A stretch of DNA of 64,000 bases from an uncultured virus (IMG/VR IMGVR_UViG_3300029931_000005) (IMGVR_UViG_3300029931_000005); one strand, 5' to 3'. Numbered from the stretch's first letter, positions 19,268 through 29,784 are shown. The notes: generated from the letters alone by a model not told the origin. Numbers and translations: made by a program.

Positions 19268-19534
19268 TTACCAGTTCTGTTTTTGCTCTCGCCACTTGCG
19301 GAACTCAATGAGTAGGCCAGTAGCCTCTGCCTCGGTGCCGCCAATGGCATGGATGAAGAATTCAATCAGAAACGCATCGCTGTAGGCGGCTTCTGCCGCT
19401 TGCAGGAGGTTAACTGCCAAATCGCGGGCATTTTCTGGCGACATCTGGATACGCAGCTCCGGTACGTTAATTTCCACGAATGGCTCTTTGGTGTTGTGGC
19501 CGTAGCCGGTGGATACGTTAATTTGCTTCGTCAT
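19268..19534 (-). CDS. hypothetical protein
   Basis: GAGGTGG RBS; MTKQINVSTG start. Confidence 0.55.
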   Translation of the reverse strand: MTKQINVSTGYGHNTKEPFVEINVPELRIQMSPENARDLAVNLLQAAEAAYSDAFLIEFFIHAIGGTEAEATGLLIEFRKWREQKQNW

Positions 19535-19943
19535 CTGCCACCTCAGCCGGGAGAGAATACCAATACCAGTGGTCATCATCATCGCAGATGCAGGTGGACC
19601 AGCCATCGCCATATTCTCCACCACAAGAATCACAGGTGTAGGTACGGCCGTATTCGTCGTCCTCGTCGTCCTCGTCAAACTCATCGTAGTAGCCGTAATC
19701 GGCCAGCACGCTGCGGCAGTCAAAACAATAGCCGCTCGGAGACACCTCCAGGAAACGAACAGTGCCTAATGCGGTGACATCGGCTTGGTCGATGCACTCG
19801 TTGCCACAGTTAACACACTGGCAGCGGAGATGAACATAGGTCAGGCGCGGTGCGGCGGGGCGAAACGTTCTGACTAGCCCTCGGTAATGAACCAGCATGT
19901 ACGGGGCGTACTTCACAAGCTTTTCAATGCGCTCAATGCTCAT
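19518..19943 (-). CDS. Cys-rich acidic hypothetical protein
   Basis: CVNC, CFDC, CDSC motifs. Confidence 0.55.
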   Translation of the reverse strand: MSIERIEKLVKYAPYMLVHYRGLVRTFRPAAPRLTYVHLRCQCVNCGNECIDQADVTALGTVRFLEVSPSGYCFDCRSVLADYGYYDEFDEDDEDDEYGRTYTCDSCGGEYGDGWSTCICDDDDHWYWYSLPAEVADDEAN

Positions 19944-20503
19944 GCTAGATTCTCCTCAGCTGGGGCCAGCGCATCCTGCTCGGCTCCCCACAAGGCCACC
20001 CACCAGGTTGCGTTGTACAGACAAAACAACTTGTCCGTGTTCGAGGCCCCCGGAAACAAAACGGTATCGACGTAGCCAACAATAGCTTTCGCCTTATCGG
20101 AAAACGGAAACGAACTCAGGTTGGGGCCAAAATAGTAGTGAGCCATTGCCTCTACCAAATCGGAAAATACATCGCCTGTGAGATCGTCATCACCGATGCA
20201 CCATTCCAGGAGCTGCCCGGCCAGCCCGTCGCTCTCCGAAACGGACATACGAGATGTCAGGGTCACTGTGCCCTTTTTGTTAATCGACTTAAGTAAGTCA
20301 ATTCTACGGACTGGCTCATCTGGTTCGGCCCCATCCAGCAAGATGCGGTTGTAGTTACTGCCGTCAAACTCGCGGAAGGTGGCCCCACCGGCGGCAATAA
20401 TCGCAATCTGGACATCTGGCTTAAAGTGAACCAGGCGCACCTGGCTGCAATTGGTATCCTCGTGCTCGGGTAACAAGTCCAATCTATCTACGATAAGTTT
20501 CAT
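19940..20503 (-). CDS. hypothetical protein
   Basis: ATGA-coupled ORF. Confidence 0.6.
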   Translation of the reverse strand: MKLIVDRLDLLPEHEDTNCSQVRLVHFKPDVQIAIIAAGGATFREFDGSNYNRILLDGAEPDEPVRRIDLLKSINKKGTVTLTSRMSVSESDGLAGQLLEWCIGDDDLTGDVFSDLVEAMAHYYFGPNLSSFPFSDKAKAIVGYVDTVLFPGASNTDKLFCLYNATWWVALWGAEQDALAPAEENLA

Positions 20504-20787
20504 GATGACTCCTCCGTAGCAGCGGGCTGCTCAACTACCATCCCAAGCTTTGCCAATTCGGCAGTCCACAACGCTTTCACCTCATCGGTGCAGTGGTCCA
20601 TTGCGTCTGCCCATGTTGGCTCACGGCCGTGTTGGTAGTAAAAAACAAACTTGTAATAAAAGCTCTGCTGGTTATGCGGCTCGCCAGGCTCGTGCTGGAC
20701 GGCACACGTCTGGCAACAGCCAGGCGGTGGTGGCAAAAGTTTGAAGCCACCTACCTGTTTCATTTCGCGCTCGCCTTTGTCCGTCAT
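20500..20787 (-). CDS. hypothetical protein (CQTCAVQH...PTWADAM family)
   Basis: paralogy with 8547-8798. Confidence 0.65.
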   Translation of the reverse strand: MTDKGEREMKQVGGFKLLPPPPGCCQTCAVQHEPGEPHNQQSFYYKFVFYYQHGREPTWADAMDHCTDEVKALWTAELAKLGMVVEQPAATEESS

Positions 20788-21119
20788 GAAGATGCCTCCG
20801 TTTCAAACACATTTCCAACAACTGTTACTGCGTCCCGTATGTCGCGCAAAAGAATGGGGTGACCGCCACCCGGATGTGGCACAGCCGAAAAAGAGCCTTC
20901 GTGAAAAACAACTAGCCAGCGCGCCTCCAGCACCTCATCCAACAGCAGGTCGCCCTCGTAGATGTCCTTGCCGTCACGATCGGACAAGCCTGTGTACTGC
21001 ATGAGGTTCGGTTCCTCAACAGTGAGATCGTCAATCATTTTTAACGAGGGTTGGGACAGAGGGTCGCCGCTGTCGAATTTACTGATAGACCACAGTCTGA
21101 ACTTGATTACCCGATTCAT
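20784..21119 (-). CDS. YopX family protein
   Basis: IKFRLW, LMQYTGLSDRDGKDIYEGD, VVGNVFE. Confidence 0.9.
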   Translation of the reverse strand: MNRVIKFRLWSISKFDSGDPLSQPSLKMIDDLTVEEPNLMQYTGLSDRDGKDIYEGDLLLDEVLEARWLVVFHEGSFSAVPHPGGGHPILLRDIRDAVTVVGNVFETEASS

Positions 21120-21949
21120 GATGCCTCCTCGACGGCCGTTTCAGGCTCGCGCTTATACTTTGGGTTTTCCACCAAAGAATCCATCCAGAGATTTTCTGGA
21201 GAAGCGTATTGAAAGCGAGACCCGTTCCGAACCTGCCAGAAGCCTCCAGACTCAAAGGGGACAGGAATTTCCTCGTACCAACCCCATGCCCCACTAAAGT
21301 CTTGGGCTAAATAACTTGCCCAACCTGGCGCAGATGCCCATGATGGCTGCTGGTCGCCCGCAGCATCCTCGCCGGCAGTTTCCGCCACGAACAATTGATA
21401 CGCCTCCCGGAAGCGGCGCTGAATTGCGGCCAGCCAGATGTAATCAGTAGTCGGGTATCCCCAAAACTGACCGTGATCCCAAAGATCGGAGATGTGTTCC
21501 GAAACAGCGTCATACCAGGTTTGGGCACTCTCGTAAATCCAGGGTGACGTGCGCAACATGTTGCGCAGCCCCCTCAACCGTTTAACGGTCCGCTTGTCAC
21601 GCTGGCACCACGCCTCACCTGTATGCTCATGGATATACCGCTGGAGTTCGTCCCTGGCCCGGTCCTCTTCCCAAACGCCACTTTCCAAAAACTTGCTGGC
21701 CAGATAGTCGGGTTCCAGATTACGGCAGAACCATTCCAGACCGTAGCCAGCAGCGCTTATAACACCATGCCGACCAGGGTGCAGGTCGCCAGTAATGATG
21801 ATGTTCTCAGGAGTAAAAACCAGCATGGCGCTCATCATGCGGGTGGTCATGACGTCCCCGCCATGCAGGTAAAATGCTTTCACATTCCCATCGCTAATTT
21901 GCGTCAACCTATGCCCGGCAATATCTTCGTATGCCTGCTGAATGTCCAT
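21116..21949 (-). CDS. hypothetical protein
   Basis: long ORF with C-terminal W..AP.WA.YLAQD..G.W.WYE module. Confidence 0.7.
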   Translation of the reverse strand: MDIQQAYEDIAGHRLTQISDGNVKAFYLHGGDVMTTRMMSAMLVFTPENIIITGDLHPGRHGVISAAGYGLEWFCRNLEPDYLASKFLESGVWEEDRARDELQRYIHEHTGEAWCQRDKRTVKRLRGLRNMLRTSPWIYESAQTWYDAVSEHISDLWDHGQFWGYPTTDYIWLAAIQRRFREAYQLFVAETAGEDAAGDQQPSWASAPGWASYLAQDFSGAWGWYEEIPVPFESGGFWQVRNGSRFQYASPENLWMDSLVENPKYKREPETAVEEAS

Positions 21950-22323
21950 TATTGCTTATCCTCCATGATGCCATCCCACAATTGAGACACCGGCAAAACA
22001 TCGCCAGCCATCGCCTGCTGCCAGGCTGTGCGGAAACTCTCAGCGGGATCACTCTCCAGCAACGAATCAAGCTCTGCCTGAAGCCGAGCAGCCTCTTCGG
22101 ATGCCGCAATGTACCGCGCATGGTGTACAGACGCTTCCCGGCGCAGCTGCTTAATGCGGTGCTGCAGCACGGCCGTCTGCTCCTGCCCTGCTGGCACACA
22201 CTGCAAACAGGCGTACAGGGTTGGGTCGCCGGGGACTGCGCGGACATCTTGCTTGCGCTCTTTACACAGAGGACACGTAAAACCAACAGGAAAAACATCT
22301 TCGCCGCCAATTGACCCTGCCAT
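21949..22323 (-). CDS. zinc-ribbon/coiled-coil hypothetical protein
   Basis: CPLC, CLQC; TAATG coupling. Confidence 0.55.
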   Translation of the reverse strand: MAGSIGGEDVFPVGFTCPLCKERKQDVRAVPGDPTLYACLQCVPAGQEQTAVLQHRIKQLRREASVHHARYIAASEEAARLQAELDSLLESDPAESFRTAWQQAMAGDVLPVSQLWDGIMEDKQ

Positions 22324-22730
22324 TAACTCTCCATCTCCTCTAGCCGAAAAACGGCCGTGTACGTCCAGTTGCATGAGGCTACGTCAAACACTGCCTCGCC
22401 CTCACCGCCTGGATTATTTTCCACCAGCTGCATGGCCCGATCCCGCGAGATCGGCTGGGCAGCCACATCCAACGTTTCGCCACGATGCCGACTGAAAAAG
22501 TAGACATGGACACGGCGCTCTACCTCGATGCGGATCTGCGGTGGCCGAGCGGCTACCCGACGATACTCCACGCTTCGCACCGAGGCGGACTTACCCTGGT
22601 CGAAACACCACTCAGCGTACTCCCAAGAAGAGCCCAGGCGCTCGCGCAGGTTGGCCTCGTTGATGACGCGCCACCCCTGACCATCGTGATGATTAAGCTG
22701 ATAAACGTTTGCGTTTGACATATGCACCAT
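22323..22730 (-). CDS. hypothetical protein
   Basis: downstream of promoter and GGAGTATGG box. Confidence 0.6.
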   Translation of the reverse strand: MVHMSNANVYQLNHHDGQGWRVINEANLRERLGSSWEYAEWCFDQGKSASVRSVEYRRVAARPPQIRIEVERRVHVYFFSRHRGETLDVAAQPISRDRAMQLVENNPGGEGEAVFDVASCNWTYTAVFRLEEMES

Positions 22731-22783
22731 ACTCCCGTTTGGCTTGGATTGTTAATATCTGGATGACCAATCCAGAAAAAACA

Positions 22784-22812
22784 ATTTTACCACAAGATAT
22801 AAAATAATGCAA
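22784..22812 (-). promoter_or_regulatory. sigma70-type promoter TTGCAT-N17-TAAAAT with TG extension
   Basis: read directly. Confidence 0.75.
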
Positions 22813-22870
22813 ACATTAAAACGCAGGTGTAACGGCACAATTGCGGGTTATTTACCTCGAATTTTCGCCC

Positions 22871-23692
22871 TCATCTTCCCGGCCGCAGCAACATGCCAGC
22901 CTGCTCTGGCGTACGGCCGTTTTTACGCAGCAGGCATTCATCACAAATAGCCACCACATTGCCCAACTCGGATACACCGCCGTTGCTGGGCGGGATTAGA
23001 AAGTCAACCCTGGACGCGGGCTGACCGCAGAAGCGACACTGGTGGGCATCCCTTGTCAGGGCCATCTGTGCCAGGTGGCCAGACACGGCCGTTAGCTGCA
23101 CAGTGCCAGAAGCCGGGTCAAGCCACGTCCAGCCAGTGGCGCTCACCATATCAGGCACCAACGAGGCCTCGGCAATATCCCGCCAGCGGGGCAAATCAAA
23201 ACCGCGCAGGGAGCCCAGGAACCGTTCGTGCTGATCTGCCCAGCGCCGGGGCAGTTGTGCCGCCTGGGCGGGTGTCAGCGCCGGGAGATGCAGCAGCACC
23301 CCAAACTGATAGCTACGCTGGCGACCGCGACCCACGGTGCGCAGGCGCAGCAGCATCTCGTCGCTGAGCTGCTGGAGCATCCCCGATTGCGCCTTCCGCC
23401 CAGCAGCGGCTTCTCTGCCCTGCACTGCCCCCCTGCCCCCAAATATGTCGGCCAGGGCCTGCACCGTGGGCCGCTCGATATAACCACAGGCAACGGCCGT
23501 TACATGCTGGCTAAGCTGGTCATAAAGCGCGAATGTCCGCACCCCCAGGTATGCTGGCCAGAAGATGCGTGTGTACATTTCATGCGCATCCCCCAACCGC
23601 CATACAGACGGCCGTTGAACCGACCGCTCCACATCTGCCGCGATAGCCTGCAAGAGAAGCCGCCCCGTGTCTGATTTAGTCGTTGTTTTCAT
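22871..23692 (-). CDS. protein with C-terminal degenerate HNH (McrA-like) domain
   Basis: RDAHQCRFCG..VDFLIP...GG....NVVAICDEC...K; His replaced by Phe. Confidence 0.7.
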   Translation of the reverse strand: MKTTTKSDTGRLLLQAIAADVERSVQRPSVWRLGDAHEMYTRIFWPAYLGVRTFALYDQLSQHVTAVACGYIERPTVQALADIFGGRGAVQGREAAAGRKAQSGMLQQLSDEMLLRLRTVGRGRQRSYQFGVLLHLPALTPAQAAQLPRRWADQHERFLGSLRGFDLPRWRDIAEASLVPDMVSATGWTWLDPASGTVQLTAVSGHLAQMALTRDAHQCRFCGQPASRVDFLIPPSNGGVSELGNVVAICDECLLRKNGRTPEQAGMLLRPGR

Positions 23693-23766
23693 AGTTCTGT
23701 ACCGTTTGATATGTCTAGGACACAACTTCGTATAGTAACAATAGGGTTATACCAAAAACAGAATCC

Positions 23767-25227
23767 CTAAGCCGCCACGAGTTGCGCCGCTTCTACCGCG
23801 CCGACAATCGCCAGGTCGGCCCACTCCTGCCCTGTGTGGCGGGTGAGTATTTTCCAATTGCGCTTAATCGTCTCAAGCAAGCTGTTGTTGACCCAATCTG
23901 CTGCGTAGGAGTTGGCCACCTGGATCACGGCAGAACGGCCGTCTACCAGCAACGTGGTGGATTTAAGCCATGTTTTGAACGCCGGGCTGCGTTCGTTGTA
24001 AAGCAACAGTTCCCACAGCTCATCAACTTCCGCTATGCGCTGGCCGCTGGGAAGGACAGAGGGGGAGTTATCCACCTCGACATCGTGAGTCGGCAGCTCG
24101 TTATCTGGCTCAGCGTAATCACCGTCGGGGCGATCTGGCAGCAGGGCATCGGGCAAAGAGTCACCCTGAGTAACCCTGAACAGCTCTCTGAAAGCGGGCA
24201 GCACGTCTGGATAAGGGAATTCATAACTGAGCAGGTGGCTCTGGCCACCAGTGCTCAACATCTCCAAACGGCCGTTGTCATCCAGGTCAAGCCAGGCCCT
24301 GGCCAGCTCAAGCCAACGAGCAGGCGGAAGAGATGGCCCGTGACGGCCGTTTCCGGTCCACTTCGACCGGCAAACGCCGACGGGATTACGGCAGCGCCCG
24401 CCCTCGACCTTCACCCAAAAAGCCCAAGCCAAAAGTGCAGCCAGGGTAAGATCGTGCTGCTGCATTTCAACGGCGATGTTCCCGGTAAAACCCATCCACT
24501 CCGCGATGGCGGTTGCGGCAGTGGCCACGTCTGAGGGCACTGCCGAAATATTTCCCCCTGCCCCATCAACATCATCAACATCAATTTTTCCCACTTCGCC
24601 CGTATGTTGATGTTGATGTTGATCTTTATGTTTCTTAGAAGAAATCTTAGAAGAAGTCTTAGGTATCGTCGTGATCATTTTGTAACCCCCCCCCTTACAT
24701 TTTGTAATCCCCTCAGCTACATTTTGTAAGGGGGTTACATTTTGTAGGTGGGGGGTTACATTTTGTAAGGGGGTCGCGCGGGGTTCATCTTGCAAAGAAA
24801 CTTCTTCGGCCTCTTCGTTCTCGGTCCCTTCGTAGCGACTGCTGATTGCTTCTTTGCGCTTTTGGTTGATTTCAGCCAAACGTTCCACCAGGCCGTCTAT
24901 CTTTTCAAATGCGCCAATGTCAACTGCGTACCATCCAGTTTTGTCATAGGCGTGGCGGTTGAGATCGTCGCGATACAAAAGCAGCCCATCATCCTGAAGG
25001 TTTTTGATAATTCGCCGCAGAGCGGCCACAGAAAAGAACGGGAACTGCTTGTGCCAATCTGGGAGCGAGTTTCTGATCCATTTACGGCCGTCGTCCACCC
25101 TGCCGTAATGGTCTTGCTGGGACATCCAGTGGAGCTGCTGAATAAAAATAGCCTCGTTTAGCCCTATCCTGGTGGCCAGCGTGGGTAAAACCTGTAGAGG
25201 GGTTTCGCTGATAAGGAGCTTGCTCAT
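23767..25227 (-). CDS. phage replication initiator / replisome organizer with C-terminal DnaA-N-like domain
   Basis: LLISETPLQVLPTLATRIGLNEAIFIQQLHW winged-helix N-terminus; FKTWLKSTTL..VIQVANSYAADWV C-terminus; internal iterons. Confidence 0.8.
   Translation of the reverse strand: MSKLLISETPLQVLPTLATRIGLNEAIFIQQLHWMSQQDHYGRVDDGRKWIRNSLPDWHKQFPFFSVAALRRIIKNLQDDGLLLYRDDLNRHAYDKTGWYAVDIGAFEKIDGLVERLAEINQKRKEAISSRYEGTENEEAEEVSLQDEPRATPLQNVTPHLQNVTPLQNVAEGITKCKGGGYKMITTIPKTSSKISSKKHKDQHQHQHTGEVGKIDVDDVDGAGGNISAVPSDVATAATAIAEWMGFTGNIAVEMQQHDLTLAALLAWAFWVKVEGGRCRNPVGVCRSKWTGNGRHGPSLPPARWLELARAWLDLDDNGRLEMLSTGGQSHLLSYEFPYPDVLPAFRELFRVTQGDSLPDALLPDRPDGDYAEPDNELPTHDVEVDNSPSVLPSGQRIAEVDELWELLLYNERSPAFKTWLKSTTLLVDGRSAVIQVANSYAADWVNNSLLETIKRNWKILTRHTGQEWADLAIVGAVEAAQLVAA
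24676..24768. repeat. iterons (5 x CATTTTGTA), probable replication origin
   Basis: copies at about 24676, 24698, 24720, 24738, 24759 inside the initiator gene, beside an AT-rich tract. Confidence 0.75.
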
Positions 25228-25946
25228 AGCATCACCCAATTCCCGTTCAGCGTAGACATGAGCTGGCTGAGATCGCCATCGGTTAGATCGAAATACTCAT
25301 CACGTACGCGAACCCGTTCAAACATCTCATGAAGCTGCTTTTCTGCCTTTTCGGCATCCTCGACGGGGTGCCAGGCAAGCAATATGTTGTGTAAGCTATT
25401 GGCCCTTTTTAATGGATTGAGGCTGCGCCCTATTTTGTATCCATACACACCCTTCATGAGGTAGACAAAACCAGGAGATCTGCCTGTACTCGGAGGGGTA
25501 AAGTCTATTTTTGGGTAGCGCCTATTCGCCTCCACTGTGGCACGCGTTCTCTTTTTGCATCTCGCTTTTTTGCTTCCGTGACGCGCCCGCAACGCAGCAA
25601 GATCGATGCCACCTTCCTCAAGCTGCAAGGCCCATTCTTTGCCCTCGTTTACCGAGGAATCGTTTGGCTTGAGTTCGATTAAAACGCCAAACTCAACCAG
25701 CCTCTTTAGGCTTTCTATCTGAGCGCTTTTTGATAAACCGGTTCCGCCCTGCCGGTGCGCCGGGTAGCCCCCGATGAAATCGCTCGTGCTGATTCTGGCG
25801 GATGACACCCCCTTACCTAACGTGTGCCGTGCTACGAAAAAGAGCGTCCTGAGCTCTGCCAGATTAAACAATCTCATGTTGTTGAAATAAAACGTAGGCA
25901 CATCGGTTACATCGTGTGTATCGGCTGCATTGTCTTTCGCTGTCAT
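25224..25946 (-). CDS. replication-O-like HTH fused to GIY-YIG (T5orf172-like) domain
   Basis: ELRTLFFVARHTLG..TGLSK; GFVYLM..YKIGRS..P.KR..EKQLH..F...RVRDEYF. Confidence 0.75.
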   Translation of the reverse strand: MTAKDNAADTHDVTDVPTFYFNNMRLFNLAELRTLFFVARHTLGKGVSSARISTSDFIGGYPAHRQGGTGLSKSAQIESLKRLVEFGVLIELKPNDSSVNEGKEWALQLEEGGIDLAALRARHGSKKARCKKRTRATVEANRRYPKIDFTPPSTGRSPGFVYLMKGVYGYKIGRSLNPLKRANSLHNILLAWHPVEDAEKAEKQLHEMFERVRVRDEYFDLTDGDLSQLMSTLNGNWVML

Positions 25947-26393
25947 GTTTGCTATAATCTCCTTGTTGTCTTTGAACGTTTAGGGCGGGATGCAAAACAC
26001 CCCCCTCCCCAACAAAGGGGCCGTTCAAAAATCTATATCGCACACGTAAACCGCCAGGTTTGGCCGCCAGGGCGGTTTTTGTGTTTCTAGGGACAACGGC
26101 CGTGAATGGTCATCTCCCTGCTGCAACGATCGGCAAAAATGCCGAATAGCCCGGCTGGTCCGGGCACATATCTGTCTGCACATAGTAACAATTCGGTGTA
26201 CTTTCGGCGAATTGGCCGTGGTTACCCACGGCTGCCGGAAATACAAAACGGCCGTGGGTTAACCCTTACGGCCGTTAATGAACTCGTCTGTTACTACGCA
26301 CAGGGGATAAATAAATTGAATGGCGGGAACGCCGCCGGTCGCTGTCATCATCTGCAATCTCCGTCGCTGCCACGACGCCGGCTTTGCCGGACG

Positions 26394-26822
26394 TTAAAGG
26401 ATTTTTAGGATTTCTCTAACTCTACTGAGTGACCGCTCCTGAAAGGCCAAAGGGTCTGCGATGGCACCCTCGTCATCAAAGCCATTCATCTTGACCACCT
26501 CTACCCCCTCATCGGCCGCTATTCGCATTTCGTTGTATGCGTCTAAGAGGCTGGTAGATGAGTCGGATAGAGCATCTTCCAATGATACAAATTCCTGCCA
26601 GAATTGCAACCAGTCTCGATCTGACCGCGGCGGCCTGGCTCCCCACTTCTCTCTAAACGCCGCATACTGGTCTCTATAACGAATTAACCCCCGGCTGGCT
26701 TTCCACAGAGCCGCCAGGCCCAACCTTATTTCTTGCCACAGGGCCATCATCTTGTAGCCTGTGATGCCTGGGTATTTCGGGTTACTGCCACCACCTCCGC
26801 TGTTGCCCATTATTAACGCCAC
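26394..26822 (-). CDS. hypothetical protein
   Basis: ORF; start uncertain. Confidence 0.5.
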   Translation of the reverse strand: MALIMGNSGGGGSNPKYPGITGYKMMALWQEIRLGLAALWKASRGLIRYRDQYAAFREKWGARPPRSDRDWLQFWQEFVSLEDALSDSSTSLLDAYNEMRIAADEGVEVVKMNGFDDEGAIADPLAFQERSLSRVREILKIL

Positions 26823-27282
26823 CTTTCTTTTGCCTCATAACTTCTTGATAGATTCGACGGCCGCGACGTGCCGCCAGAACCCCTCCCAGTTTAGACAAAG
26901 CATACCCAACCGCACAACCGAATGCCATTGTGCCTACACACAGCACCAGTGCAGCGTGGATTGTAATGCTTTGACTGGCTTTTTGCACATGGCCTATTGT
27001 CAGCCAGAGCAGATACGCCAGAAGCGCCCACATGGCCACAGACAAAACTTTTACAGCGATGGGCATACCAGAACGACCGTTACTGCTGTTGATGAAATAT
27101 TGAAATGTGACACCAGCACCAAAAACAATAGCACCGAGCGTCACGTCGGCTACCGAGTGGAACATTGCGATCTCCCTGTATTTTGACGCCCGATGAGCTG
27201 GGTCTACTTGTATCGATCTCGCAGATGGGTAAATATGAAACTGACTACAATCAAGGCCAGTAGCAAGAACAGCAGGCCCCAT
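26782..27282 (-). CDS. membrane protein (about 3 TM; start uncertain)
   Basis: hydrophobic segments. Confidence 0.5.
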   Translation of the reverse strand: MGPAVLATGLDCSQFHIYPSARSIQVDPAHRASKYREIAMFHSVADVTLGAIVFGAGVTFQYFINSSNGRSGMPIAVKVLSVAMWALLAYLLWLTIGHVQKASQSITIHAALVLCVGTMAFGCAVGYALSKLGGVLAARRGRRIYQEVMRQKKGGVNNGQQRRWWQ

Positions 27283-27629
27283 ACTATCTCAGAGCCCACG
27301 TCCGCACCCATCTCACACTTCCTTGTTTGGTAGAAACCGGGTAGATTTACCGTAGAATTGTGGTAGATTCTGCCCGTTCATTTTACAATGCAGGTAGCTG
27401 TCATTTCTCATGCAGGCCTGCCAGCCTGCATAGAAAGCAAATTGTTAAGCCGCTGCCAAGCGGCTTAATTGCTTTATAGACCACACTTGTTAACCCCAAA
27501 CACTGTATCATAATTTGCGAAAAATTGGAACGGCCGAAGGCACTGCGGGCTGGTGAAATTTTATAGTAATTTTATTCACGCCACAATCCCCAATTTTAGC
27601 CACAAATCGACTTATTTCCGCTGATTTAC

Positions 27630-27974
27630 CTACGCCGGTTTGCCCCACGCTGGATGATCATACAGCCATCCCGTGTCCATCTCCAGCAGCTGCGCGTAGC
27701 ATTCGTGTGGGTAATACGGCTCAAACGCCAGCAGCCCGCTTTCAAATCGCGACCGCTGCTGCTTGTACCAGGGCACAAATACATCTGGACCCTGGCTGAA
27801 TCTGGCCGCATATGCCTCAAACCAGCGCAAGAATTCTTCCAGGTCAATCCGGTAGGTAGCGGCGGTAAGCATGAGCGACTGGAGCTTGATGGTTGGCTCC
27901 ATCTGCTGCCACGGCCGTTCGTTTGTTAATAAAGTGGCTTCTACGCCTGTCTTGTTTTGTGGTGTTGGCTTCAT
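27630..27974 (-). CDS. hypothetical protein
   Basis: ORF with AGGGGG RBS. Confidence 0.5.
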   Translation of the reverse strand: MKPTPQNKTGVEATLLTNERPWQQMEPTIKLQSLMLTAATYRIDLEEFLRWFEAYAARFSQGPDVFVPWYKQQRSRFESGLLAFEPYYPHECYAQLLEMDTGWLYDHPAWGKPA

Positions 27975-28021
27975 GCGCGACCCCCTTACTGTAAATATGG
28001 TTCGTTAAGATTTGTCTTAAG

Positions 28022-28579
28022 TTACGATTTGCCATCCCACTGCTTAGCGATGGCGTCATCTATGGTGATGCTGGTGCGCGGCAGAAAGCCATCCACCGGC
28101 CAGCGCAGCACAAACGCCTGCTGGCTGAAAACCACCACCAGCAGGGAAACGGCTCCCAGGCGATTGTTTTCATCCAGAGCGCGGACCTGGTGGTCCTCCA
28201 GGCGGCTCCATAGAATCCGGTCGCCGCTGGTGCTCTTTACCTCGGCCAGCACGCGGCGGCCGGTGCCATCCCCCATGACACCTCGCCGATCGCCACTCAC
28301 CTTGGCTTTGCGCTTAATGCGCACCCACCCACCCTCGCGGCTGTCGGTGACAGCATAGGGAGTGGTGATTTGTTCCACCATCTTCACCCCATACGCCTCC
28401 AGCGCTCGCTCAGCAACGCCCTCGCCCTCAGCACCGAGCTGCTGGGAGTGTTTAGCTTTTGCCTTACGGCCGTATACCTCCAGGTACGTTTCCAGGTCGG
28501 TGAGTTCATCCAGCGGCGTCACGGCCGTTTCGGTGCCATATTTCTCCAGGTATTCGGCCAAATCCCAGGTTTCAGTCAT
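28022..28579 (-). CDS. RecU-like Holliday junction resolvase
   Basis: GD..G....LAEVKST..I.WSRLEDHQVRAL....GAVSLLVV. Confidence 0.75.
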   Translation of the reverse strand: MTETWDLAEYLEKYGTETAVTPLDELTDLETYLEVYGRKAKAKHSQQLGAEGEGVAERALEAYGVKMVEQITTPYAVTDSREGGWVRIKRKAKVSGDRRGVMGDGTGRRVLAEVKSTSGDRILWSRLEDHQVRALDENNRLGAVSLLVVVFSQQAFVLRWPVDGFLPRTSITIDDAIAKQWDGKS

Positions 28580-29150
28580 GAAAGCGCTCCTTCCAGTTGG
28601 GCACAAAGTGGACGCGGGTTCCGCAATCATCGTATTCCGCGGTTACATACCGACCTGGCTTTTTCCACACCATCCAGGCGGTGGTCACGTTGTCCGTACG
28701 GCCGTCGCCGGTGAAGGACGGCCGTGGCTGGCCGAAGATGATCAGATCCGTCATGTTGCTGGCGTGTGCATCCAGCCAGGCCCCGCGGTTGGCGCATGGT
28801 TCCAAGTAAGAAAGACGCAACAGAAAAGCCACACCAATCTTGGCTGCACTGTAAGCCAGCGGCAGGATGTCATGGGCCACGGTAAATGGCGGGTTGGCTA
28901 CCACCCAATCGGGCTGTACATATGGGTTCCACATGGGAGCAAATGGGTCGGTGGCATCCTCGTGTGTGTCAGTTGGGTGCTGGGGATCAATGTCATTGGT
29001 AATGACCTGGCAGCCATGAGCAACGAGTACGCGGGCCATTGCACCGGGTCCGGCTGTTGGCTCGATCACCTTACCACGAATATTCACCCGCTGTAACAAG
29101 TGCCGGGTCAGCATTTCGTCGGTTTCGTAAAAATCCAGTTTTCTACGCAT
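28572..29150 (-). CDS. phage N6-adenine DNA methyltransferase
   Basis: DFYET, EPTAGPG, TNDID, VANPPF, FLLRLSYLE. Confidence 0.88.
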   Translation of the reverse strand: MRRKLDFYETDEMLTRHLLQRVNIRGKVIEPTAGPGAMARVLVAHGCQVITNDIDPQHPTDTHEDATDPFAPMWNPYVQPDWVVANPPFTVAHDILPLAYSAAKIGVAFLLRLSYLEPCANRGAWLDAHASNMTDLIIFGQPRPSFTGDGRTDNVTTAWMVWKKPGRYVTAEYDDCGTRVHFVPNWKERFHD

Positions 29151-29364
29151 GGCAAGCTGCCCCCTCTCTGATCTTGGCTTTGACAACATTGGACTTACGG
29201 CCGTAGTGGTACAGTCGGCATTCCTTGCAGCGGTAGACATCATAATCGTTGATGTCGAACCCATAACGTTCGGCCGCTTGGCGCAGCCCGATTTTTGCCG
29301 ACTTCCGGTTTCGGTAGGCGTTTTTCCGCTTTTTGATGCCGCCGGAAAAGGTGTGACATTGCAT
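29143..29364 (-). CDS. small basic zinc-finger protein
   Basis: K.AY....A......Y.C..C..YH; TGATG coupling. Confidence 0.5.
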   Translation of the reverse strand: MQCHTFSGGIKKRKNAYRNRKSAKIGLRQAAERYGFDINDYDVYRCKECRLYHYGRKSNVVKAKIREGAACHA

Positions 29365-29645
29365 CAGGCACCCCCTTCCCCATAGGGCGCACCGGGGAGA
29401 GGCATCCAGTAGGAGGCTTGCAGCCAAAGCATTTCGCCAAGGTAGAATCGCCGGGCTTTCGCCAGATACTTGCCCAGGTGAACTTTACCGTTGTACCAAA
29501 AGAGTACCCGCTGGTTGGGTTTGGGCTGCTCATCGTCCAACTTGTGCCAGGCTGGCCAGGAACGGCCGTTTGGGGTGCCGCTTACTGCGGCGGATGCGGG
29601 TTGAGTGGACGCTGCCACGTCCAGTTGGTCATTCATTGCTGTCAT
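29364..29645 (-). CDS. DUF551-like protein
   Basis: W....DEQP...QRVL.....YWMPLP. Confidence 0.6.
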   Translation of the reverse strand: MTAMNDQLDVAASTQPASAAVSGTPNGRSWPAWHKLDDEQPKPNQRVLFWYNGKVHLGKYLAKARRFYLGEMLWLQASYWMPLPGAPYGEGGA

Positions 29646-29784
29646 TTCTCCTGTCTATTTGGTTTTAGAAAGCCAACTTGTTGGCTAGTCATCGGCCACG
29701 GCCAGAGCACGCCGGGAGTCACGCTCTGGCCTGGCCGATGGTAAGATAACACAACGGGCCTGCCAGCCTGTTGGTGTTAACAAA

